Shown: positions 35,331 through 44,375 of the stretch, piece by piece
Layout: every line of letters starts with the position of its first letter
How positions within the stretch are numbered: position 1 is the first letter of the stretch
From: Octopus bimaculoides
Lineage: Eukaryota
Length of the DNA stretch: 44,375 nt
Direction: 5' to 3'
Assembly: GCF_001194135.2 (NCBI RefSeq)
Contig: NC_069003.1
Coordinates: 36,172,240-36,216,614, forward strand
Notes under the pieces: generated by a model
The model's database searches: none
Told to the model about the DNA's origin: nothing
What the model saw: only the letters and a program-made list of their open reading frames with translations
Program-made: the position numbers and the translations under genes

Positions 35331-35697
35331 CAGCTCTCCCCGACCACTTCCCCGACTCCATCTCCTAAAATATTGCACTTTTACATCTGAGCCTTGCTTT
35401 TTCCTCCATTCAACCTTATTTCATTGATGTGTGTGTGTGTGTGTGTGCATATAATTGTGTATGTAGTCATATATGTGTGCTTGCGTGCATCTATACACGT
35501 ATTTGTGAGTGCATGTGTATGTACTTGTATACATGTTTATATCTGTGTGTGTGTTTATGTGGGTTGCACGGGTGTAGGCTTTGTATGAGCCTTCCTCTCT
35601 CTACATATATATATATCTATATCTATATGTATATGCGTGTGTACGTGTGCATGTACGCCTATGTGTGTGCGTGTGTGCGTGCGTGGGTGTAATGTCC

Positions 35698-35737
35698 GTC
35701 ACATGCTGATTAGTCACATGGTTGTCGAATCACGTGG
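35698..35737. promoter_or_regulatory. Triplet of E-boxes (GTCACATG x2, TCACGTGG)
   Basis: CANNTG cores start at 35700, 35715 and 35731, in otherwise unique sequence. Confidence 0.3.
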
Positions 35738-36169
35738 TCAACCCGGCAAGGAAATACCTATCTGGCGGTAAAAAGCCTCCTCCCCCCACTTCTTTGTTAA
35801 TATCACCATTTTTACAGGTGTTCTTGTTCTTTTTGTGGTTGTTCTTCTTCTTCTTGTTGTTAGTGTTATTGTCGTCGTGTTGTTATAGCAAATCTTCTGC
35901 CCCTGTGGCAAATTGAAACATTGTAGATGTTAGTTTTGTTGTTGTTGTTGTTGTTTTCCAACCACCACCATCATTACTACCACTACTACAACAACTACCA
36001 CTTCTACTACTATTGCTGCTGCTGCTACTACTACTCACACCACCACCATCTCAACTACTACTACTGCTATTACAACTGCTGCTGCTGCTGCTGCTGTTGC
36101 TGCTGCTAGCATAAGCCCCCTTTCCCTTCATCATCGACCACTGTTTCACAAACCGAAGTGGGAACCCCT

Positions 36170-36320
36170 AAGGGGTCGCTCGATCTCCTAGAAATAGCAG
36201 CTAAATCGCCCTCACCTCCACCCAACCATCTTAGAAAATGTATGCAGGAAAATGCAGCACTGGGCTCCCTACATATTACAGATAGAGATGAGGTGGTCAC
36301 GGCTGGATTTAAGAACATTC
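36170..36320 (-). repeat. Repeat family C copy
   Basis: ctagaaatagcagctaaatc..cttagaaaa..gatgaggtggtcacggctgg. Confidence 0.7.
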
Positions 36321-36364
36321 GGTGTTTTCTTTGGTGTAACTGTTGTCATTATGTTACAGCTTTC

Positions 36365-36411
36365 AGCTTCTACTACTACTACTACCATCACCACTACTAC
36401 TACCACTATTT

Positions 36412-36479
<68 letters not shown>

Positions 36480-36530
36480 ACTACTACTACTACTACTACT
36501 AATAATAATAATAATAATAATAATAATTCA
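36365..36530. repeat. (ACT)n-(GCT)n-(AAT)n compound microsatellite
   Basis: Direct reading. Confidence 0.97.
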
Positions 36531-36629
36531 TTCGTTTTATTGGCCACAAGGGCTAATATCAATTAAAAACATATAAGGACAAAGACAGGACCGCCACCGC
36601 CACCAACAACATCTCAGATGAGAGCCAAC

Positions 36630-36790
36630 GGGGCAGCCTCTACTTGCTCACTCAATTTTCTAGAAATAGTAGTCAAATCTCCCTCAAATCGCATCCTTCT
36701 GTCTTAGAAAAGAAAACCGTAAACAGTGTGGTCCTGCATTGCTTACTTGTAGGAAAATGTCGGGATGGTCACGGTTGAAATATATTCCAT
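36630..36790 (-). repeat. Repeat family C copy
   Basis: ctagaaatagtagtcaaatctccctcaaatc..cttagaaaa..gggatggtcacggttgaa. Confidence 0.7.
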
Positions 36791-36847
36791 CATATATCTG
36801 CTGAATCAGAGTTGACCTAACAACAACAGCAACAAATATAACCACAA

Positions 36848-36892
36848 TCCAAGTGGCTGAGTGTTCCGCAAACACGTGTGCCCTTAATTCTC
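36848..36892 (-). mobile_element. Fragment of the SINE body seen at 40860-41183
   Basis: caagtggctgagtgttccgcaaacacgtgtgccctta ~ caagtggctgagaactccacagacacttgtgccctta. Confidence 0.7.
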
Positions 36893-36899
36893 AACATGA

Positions 36900-38000
36900 T
36901 ACAATACTTGACAAGGTTGAACCTTCGAATTCCAGGTACAAGTCATCCGATAGGATTCGATACAGTTTCCGTCTACCCGTTTTATTCACAAGGCTTGTCT
37001 CAGCTCGAAGCTATGGCAAAAGACACCCGCCAAAAATGCCCGGTGGTAGGAAGCGAACTTCAGTCTCCGTTGCTACATCAATAGCTTCATTGACCCCTAC
37101 CCTTAAAGTATTCCCGAATGCATACAACCGATGAAGAAATGCTGACAAAGCTTTATTCTGTGAAACATGGAGACTATTAATGTGCAAATTTCAGTCTTGA
37201 TCAGCAGGTTTCTGCATTCAATTATCAAATTTTGACATTTATTTTGACCAAATTCAATCTTTCTATTCGTTATTAAAGTCCAGGTGTTTCTTATCATCGT
37301 AAATATTTCCAGTCGAGATCCTTTAACCGTCATCAGAGAAACTATGGCTTCTTGCTGTTGTAGACCCGAGCCAGAAACAAAAAACAAATCAGTGCATTTC
37401 GTATCAAAATAAATATCTGCAGAAACTGACTTTTTGTCTTACAAGTGTTTAAATATTGTTAATAAAGTGATACAGTCTCGTTTTTTTTTCCCTGTGAGAA
37501 AGTTGAGGATGTTTGGCGAAGTCTTTGTGAATCTTTCAATGGCAATAACAATAATCGTTGCCAAAGACAGTGATTTCGGCAACAATGAGTAAGGAATGCA
37601 ATCAACACCATTCTATAATCAAGCCACACCGTTGCAGGTTTCAATGCTTGCAGGGTTTTCTTTTTTATAATTTAATTTCAATCAGAGAAATTTACTAATT
37701 TAAAATGTTCAATAGGTTTTTCTTTCCATCTGACTATTCGTTAGGCATTATACGCAAATGGTCTTGAAGAAATTGATTGAAACAGTTTGTGTAACACCTT
37801 TTGTTTAAAGCTTGGGCAAGCTGTAAGCCGATAGTTTCTCTGTCACGTGGGTCTCTTCATTTTGGGTCACAGGATCCTCGCTGTTATGCCAAACCAGTTT
37901 GCTCTGCCTATCTGGCCTTCTATAATTAAATCTAATATGTACTTATTTCTGTAGAACATGTACATCTTGTACCATATTCCAATGATTAGCCCGCTTCCTG
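36900..38000 (-). mobile_element. Long decayed R4/Dong-like RT relic (may extend to about 39800)
   Basis: Minus-strand pieces in order: QNEETHVT, TNCFNQFLQDH..IMPNE*SDGKK, VWLDYR..DCIPYSLL, FSDD, KIEFGQNKCQNLIIE and AIDVAT. Confidence 0.7.
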
Positions 38001-38772
38001 TTGCCTTCAAATTATATTGTTACCCAAAGCTTTAGTGAAAGACTCAAAATTGATCGAGTCATTCTTCTATTACTGAGGTCGATGTGGTATTTATTTCTAG
38101 GAGTATTCAATCATGACATTCTCTTATTGAGATTCTTCTTTTCATTCCAGCTCTTACGCCAAATAATTTTAAATCTTCACAAGCACCCTTTTGTTTTTCT
38201 TTTATTTTCAACAGAATTATTGTTTCCATTCATCCTTTGGTTTGTGGATTAGAAACAAACTAAACCCTCTCATTAATGTTGGATCATCGAAGTAGTCTTT
38301 CATTTGATAACGGAGTTTTCCCCTTCATGCTATGAAGTTATTTTCCATTCGATAGGATAAAGTCGACGATCTCGTAACATTTTAGTAATTCTTCTTGTTT
38401 GAGATGTAGACCGTTCACTATTAAAATTATTGTCTGCTTTACACCTTCTCATGGCAAACAAATGTCCGATTCTGTATCGCAAACTGTTGATATTTCCTTC
38501 TAGTTTTGCTAAGTTGATTTATTCCATTTCTGCATGCGCTGCAGGTATTTCCTTAGTGTACTTTCAGAGTGACATTAGCCATCTATAGGCAGGTATCGAT
38601 CGTTTAATGTGTGTTCTTAGCGTCTCAAAGGCGATAGTGTCGACATCTATCATGAAGGTGACAGTTTAGGGAAATTGGAAATGCGATTGCAAATTGTTTC
38701 GAAGCTGTGTGTATATATAATGCAATCATCTCTGTCGTATCGATTACATGTGGCTGTGTGTGTGTGTGTGTG

Positions 38773-38804
<32 letters not shown>

Positions 38805-39614
38805 NNNNNNNNNNGTGTGTGTGTGTGTGTGTGTGTGCGTGTGTGTGCGTGTGTGTGCGTGTTAAGTGGTGGTGGTGATGTCTAGAAATTGTTTTCCATT
38901 TTTACCATTCCCTTACTTCCATCGTAGATTTTGGCTGATTTTGAATATCTTTTGAAAACCGACGAATAACATTACCGAAGCTGGATTAACAATCGTTATC
39001 TGTGACAGCCATTTGTTGAAGCTGTTTAGCTGTGAAGGTGTTAAACTTGGAGGCAGATTTGATCCCGGTAATTCTTTTAACTTTTATCGTCGTTTAGGCG
39101 ATAAAAGAATTTTCACGGAAATTTTCGATTGCAACGGAATAAATTTTGATTTAGATGTGAAGGCCAAATGAATTCTAGGAAACATTATATCGGCTTAGAC
39201 GGGGGACTTACTTAGCTGGCATATTTGGTAATATTGTTTGGTGTTGGTGTTGATGTGAGAGACAGCGGTGCTCGCCATTATCGTCGGAGCGAAATTCTTC
39301 ATGGCGATGAATGTTTGCTATATTCTACTTTGAATGACGGTGGCTTGTCATATAAAAAATGCTTTGTTTTTTTGGTTTACTTTACATCTACAACAAAGAA
39401 ACAAATATAGATCGAAGCTGAATTAGATCGGCAGAATTGTACAGGGAGACCTGTATGCATTTCTGGGGGATCCATTAGTTTATACGTTAAGCGTTGACAA
39501 TATGATGCGATCTGCTATGTATATTACTAGAGAGCATCACATTGGTGTCCAGGGGGCAACTGATTTCTACAAGAGAGCTTATCTTTTTCTTGTCGTTCGA
39601 CACATTATACCTGC

Positions 39615-39661
39615 TTGGTCATGTTTTAACTTGGTCATGTTTTAACTTGGTCATGTTTTAA
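39615..39661. repeat. 16-bp tandem repeat x3 (TTGGTCATGTTTTAAC)
   Basis: Three adjacent copies; the last lacks the final C. Confidence 0.95.
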
Positions 39662-39882
39662 TCCTTATGTTCCATCAATATTCTTTTCACCCATCGGTCT
39701 CGATAGAATCAACTTTGTTTATTGGTGGTTTCTACTTTTCTTATTCTGTTCTAGATTGATCGAGCCTCCGCATCATGTCTGACAAGGAAGTTAATATATT
39801 AATATCTAGGACATTCATTCGCCGTTGGTTATAAGGTAGTTGATGTTTCCATTTCTTCGAATTTAACACACATACATTATGT

Positions 39883-39945
<63 letters not shown>

Positions 39946-40475
39946 ACCTACATACATACACACACATGCATGTACATATATGTATATACATACATATGTG
40001 TGCGTGTTCGTTGGCGTGCGTGCGTGCGTGTGTGTGGGGTGGGGTGCGTGGGCGCGCAACCACAAACTAACATTTCACCGTGTTTCGTGCAACAAGTCTT
40101 GACATAGAGATCGAAACACTATTATTAGGAATAAATTTATCCCATCGATCACACTTGTCGCAGACAAATTAACTTATCATCGGCTCAGAATGGCAAGAAC
40201 GGCTCCCATCCTGGGACTATTCTTTCTNNNNNNNNNNNNNNNNNNNNNNNNNNNNNNNNNNNNNNNNNNNNNNNNNNNNNNNNNNNNNNNNNNNNNNNNN
40301 NNNNNNNNNNNNNNNNNNNNNNNNNNNNNNNNNNNNNNNNNNNNNNNNNNNNNNNNNNNNNNNNNNNNNNNNNNNNNNNNNNNNNNNNNNNNNNNNNNNN
40401 NNNNNNNNNNNNNNNNNNNNNNNNNNNNNNNNNNNNNNNNNNNNNNNNNNNNNNNNNNNNNNNNNNNNNNNNNNN

Positions 40476-40808
40476 GGCTCAGTGGTTAGAGCGTCGGGCC
40501 CCTAATCATGAAATAGTGAATTCGATTTCTGAAGCGGGCTGTGTGTTGTGTTCTTGAGCAAAACCCTTTATTTCACGTTGCTCCAATTCACTCAGCTGTA
40601 GAAATGAGTTGTGACGTCACTGGTGCCGAGCTGTGTCGGCCCCTTTGCCTTTCCCTTGGATAACATCGGTGGCGTGGAGAAGGGAGGCTGGTATGCATGA
40701 ACGACTGTTGGTCTTCCGTTAACAACCTTGGCTGGACTTGTGCCTACGAGGGGGACATCCGAGATGCGATCCCGGGGTCAGTCATGACCGAAGGGGTCTT
40801 TACTCTTT
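40476..40808 (+). mobile_element. tRNA-derived SINE family D (central domain resembling the Meta/MESC type)
   Basis: A-box-like GGCTCAGTGGTTAGAGC head, then ttgtgttcttgagcaa..ctttatttcacgttgctcca..cactcagctg and a tactcttt tail. Confidence 0.8.
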
Positions 40809-40859
40809 ATATATAGATTACACAATTTCTTTGAACAAATTTTATTCATCAAAACATGG

Positions 40860-41183
40860 CACTCCGTCGGATACGACGACGAGGGTCCCTCCCCCCGCCC
40901 CAGCTGATCCGATCAACGGAACAGCTTGCTCGTGAGATTAACGTGCAAGTGGCTGAGAACTCCACAGACACTTGTGCCCTTAGCGTAGTTCTCAGAGAGA
41001 TTCAGCGTGACACAGAGTGTGACAAGGCTGGCCCCTTTCAAATACAGGAACCACTCTTTTTTGCCAGCTGAGCAGACTGGAGCAACGTGAAATAAAGTGT
41101 CTTGCTCAAGGACACAACATGTTGCCAGGAATTGAACTCGCGACCTTACGATTGTGAGCCGGATGCCCCTAACCACTAAGGCA
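40860..41183 (-). mobile_element. tRNA-derived SINE, same head and central domain as 40476 but a different 3' body
   Basis: Minus-strand head ccttagtggttagg..gtcgcgagttcaattcc, then ttgtgtccttgagcaagacactttatttcacgttgctccag. Confidence 0.82.
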
Positions 41184-41189
41184 ACATCG

Positions 41190-41282
41190 ACTGAGGTGAG
41201 ATTTGAACCCCGTAGTCAAAGAAGTGGAATTAAACACGGCCAGGTGTTTCGTCCCCGACTCCCTTATTTCTGCCACTGTGAC
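41190..41282 (-). mobile_element. SINE family B head fragment (diverged)
   Basis: gagatttgaaccccgtagt..ttctgcca. Confidence 0.45.
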
Positions 41283-41699
41283 CAGGAAGAAATATGACGT
41301 CAACCAGCAAAGAAGAATTTCATGAAAAAGTTGGAAAAAAATTCTCGGCTGGTTTTTTAGTGTGTCAAGGGAGGTAACTTTATCAATTTCCCAGCGTTAA
41401 ATATAATTTGATTATCTTACTTGTCTTGAAAGAAATGCTAGAAAGTGAGGCGTAACTTTTTCTTATTAATTGACACATTGTTCAAACTGCACATGTGCGG
41501 GTAGAGTGACACTTCCTCTTCAGTTACTTTTCTTGTTCTTCTTCATCGAAGCGGCGTATTGTCATTGAGTGATTGGTGAAGGAGGGGTGCGATCTGTGCG
41601 CCTCCCACAAGAAGGTTAAAGGTTGTTTACGGAGAGAATACAACAGACAAAAAAAAATGTACAGAAAAGGCAAACAGCACTGAAGACTAACCTTGCTGT

Positions 41700-41890
41700 G
41701 GGAAACCTTCAGCTGCGACCAGTGACACGAAACGCCAGTGATTGGACGAAGCGATTCGCACGGACATCCGTGAACTTGTGGCACGGTTGGACTGTAGTCG
41801 CGCAATGCTTTATACAGAAGTGTGTGCAAAGTGGGTACCTCTGCAGTTGACACTCGATTTGAAAGAGAAAAGTCTATATTGGCTTTAATG
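41700..41890 (+). mobile_element. Mariner transposase HTH/linker fragment
   Basis: Frame from 41742 reads LDEAIRTDIRELVARLDCSRAMLYTEVCAKWVPLQLTLDLKEK, containing the mariner WVPxxL linker motif. Confidence 0.7.
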
Positions 41891-41974
41891 AAGAGACGAA
41901 AACTCACAAACACATACACAAAACAATATTAATTTCCTGTTTTACAAAATCGAGATCGAAAATGTTTTGTTTTT

Positions 41975-42172
41975 TTAACCTAACCTGATATTTTTAGACC
42001 TAAACTTAAATAATATACGCGAGCCGTAATCCTAAGTTTAAGTCCTTAACCCCAAACGTATAACTTTAATCCGAACCCCAGCCTTAAATCTTTAACTCTA
42101 ACCCTAATCCTAAACTTCTCCCTTCAACGTTAAACCCTAAAATTAGTAACTTTAATCATAAACCCTAAACGA
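41975..42172. repeat. Degenerate telomere-like (CCCTAA/CCTAA) array
   Basis: Recurrent aaccctaa, cctaac, aacccc, taaccctaatcctaa and aaccctaaa. Confidence 0.55.
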
Positions 42173-42744
42173 GATTTTTGCTCTTTTCTTTTATGTTTCA
42201 TATTTTATATTGTTCTTCTCTTTATTCTTTTCACGCTTTTCTTGCGCAAATAGTTACCACTCGTGTTGAGGATTACCTCTTCATCATCTCTCTCGTCTCA
42301 TCTCTTCCACCCATTCACCCTGTCTGTCTGTTTGTCTCACTCGATTTCAATGACGATATTGTAATATAATATAATACATATAAGCACACACGCACACACA
42401 CACATACATACATACATACATACATACATACATACACAAGCTATACTTTCATATTCAACGGCATGTAAGGTCCACAGGCTTACCAGACGCGCCCCAACTT
42501 TTGCCAGGTCTATTTTTTAAGAAGGCAAAAAAAAGTTGCCTGCTATTCCTCATCCATTCCACTCTCAACTCCTTTGAAATTTTGATGAATCCAGATCCCC
42601 CAGAAATCCTCGTTTCCAATTAAGAAACCCGATCCCTTACGCTATTTTACTAAGAACTAAAAAAACCACTTTAATACATCAAAAAATATAAATAATTACT
42701 TTTGATTTCTGCAACCAGGTCTGAATTCAGGATTATTTCAACAC

Positions 42745-43005
<261 letters not shown>

Positions 43006-43544
43006 GAAAGTTATGCATGGGTACCTTATATCCGGTAATCGGAAGAACACCAGACAGCAATGTCAGGAAGGACAGCCTTTCGTGGATCTGCGCTAAAAAC
43101 ATCGCATCTCACCAAGAAGGCCGTACTTTTACTGTCCAAGAAGAGGAGACAGAAAGATAAAGACGTCACCAGACCATTCTGTTTGTGATAGAAAACGTCG
43201 GCTGGGTCGCCCTCGGTTGAAAGGTATCACTCGCATCCCCAGGTGCCATCTTCCGGAAATGTCCGCAAGATGAGACCCCTATTCACGAATTAATGAATAT
43301 GAATCGAACTTTTGTGACTCGAGTCGGTGCAGCAAGGAACAACCGTTTAAACTTGGACTCGATTAAATTTGTAAATTTGTAGTCTTTTACGAGTTTCCTC
43401 CTCCTCATCATCATCGTCGTCGTCGGCGGTGGTGTTGAAGGAGGTGGCGAGAGCGGTGGTGGCAGTGTTGTTGTTGTTGTTTATGATAGCGACATTGTTA
43501 TTTAGTTTCAAGCCTGTCTTGTTCCAACAAATCTATATAGTATA

Positions 43545-43690
43545 AAAGACCTTTCCAGCCGTGCCCATCCTATTTTTCTCTATATCAGAGATTATGCTAC
43601 ATTGTATAAAATATATCCGGCATTGCTGAAGCCGGCAGAATTTGATTTGAGAGAGATATGGCTGCTATAACGGCCACCTAGGACCTCTCT
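43545..43690 (+). repeat. Repeat family C copy
   Basis: ttccagccgtgcccatcc..gatttgagagagatatggctgctata. Confidence 0.65.
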
Positions 43691-43799
43691 CTCTCTCCCC
43701 CTTTCTCTCTCTCTCTCTCTTTATCTCTCTCTCTCTCTCTCTCTCATTGTCCCTTTATCCAAATTGATGCTTTACTTAAGTTCAGTCCCATTTAAGCAG

Positions 43800-43975
43800 A
43801 CTTACCATAAAAGACGTTCCAGATGTGATCATCCCATCTGTTTTATTTTTAAAATATTGCCTTAAAATCTTTATAATCCAGTGCTAATATGTAGAAGACT
43901 ATAATGTTGCGGGTTTGAGAGATGTGACTGTTATTTCTTGCCGGTCAGGGTATCACATACAGACGCCTATGTTAG
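43800..43975 (+). repeat. Repeat family C copy
   Basis: gacgttccagatgtgatcatccc..gggtttgagagatgtgactgttatttct. Confidence 0.6.
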
Positions 43976-44031
43976 ACAATATGGAGGCCAATTGAAATCA
44001 CAACTCGACAAATGACTCCTTCCTGGGATTG

Positions 44032-44059
44032 TCTGACGTCAACACTAATTCCACCAATC
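44032..44059 (+). promoter_or_regulatory. CRE-CCAAT composite module, copy 1
   Basis: TC-TGACGTCA-acac-TAATT-cca-CCAATC. Confidence 0.4.
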
Positions 44060-44222
44060 ACAACCCGTACACAACTCATCTCTACTTCTTTCTCTCTCGT
44101 TTCTGAACTTGTCTCACCATTTCCATCCACTCTCACTCCTTCTCCTTTCTTTCTCTCTTTCTATTCCCCCCTCTCTCTCTCTCTCTCACTATCCATCTGT
44201 CTGTCTCTCTTTTTGCTCGCTC

Positions 44223-44250
44223 TCTGACGTCACCAGTAATTTGGCCAATC
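44223..44250 (+). promoter_or_regulatory. CRE-CCAAT composite module, copy 2
   Basis: TC-TGACGTCA-ccag-TAATT-tgg-CCAATC. Confidence 0.4.
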
Positions 44251-44303
44251 CTAAGTCATTCATACATACATACACATACATACATATGTGTATCTCTCCC
44301 TCA

Positions 44304-44375
<72 letters not shown>

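Noticed and set aside
37300-37340. Minus-strand CTGATGA..GGAAA
   Set aside because: CTGATGA here is the (S)DD codon run of the R4-like RT motif.
41679-41712. CTGAAGA..GGGAAACCTTC
   Set aside because: Poor stems, and it sits within or adjacent to mariner coding sequence.
43010-43290. Possible RTE 3' end (RKRRLGRPRLK)
   Set aside because: Only one short basic motif; insufficient to call.

Overview
Repeat-saturated eukaryotic DNA from a gapped draft assembly (about 18 N-runs). It is most likely a coleoid cephalopod (Octopus-like); this is inferred from the microsatellite load and recurring tRNA-derived SINE families, not from a database search. No protein-coding host gene can be supported with confidence, and almost every listed ORF is a microsatellite or N-gap artefact. 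Real coding signal is limited to transposon relics: mariner, maT/Tc1, four R4/Dong-like RT fragments, one RTE RT fragment and one Penelope-type GIY-YIG tail. The main unexplained structure is a set of minimal hammerhead-ribozyme (HHR)-like motifs from several sequence-unrelated Penelope-type repeat families. One is near-perfect (11300-11344, minus strand), two form an inverted pair, and two share a 3-nt insertion. A duplicated CRE-TAATT-CCAAT module with identical spacing lies near the right end, and an RFX X-box/CRE cluster lies upstream of a candidate first exon. All family assignments are by eye and need RepeatMasker/Dfam, Infernal and RNA-seq confirmation.
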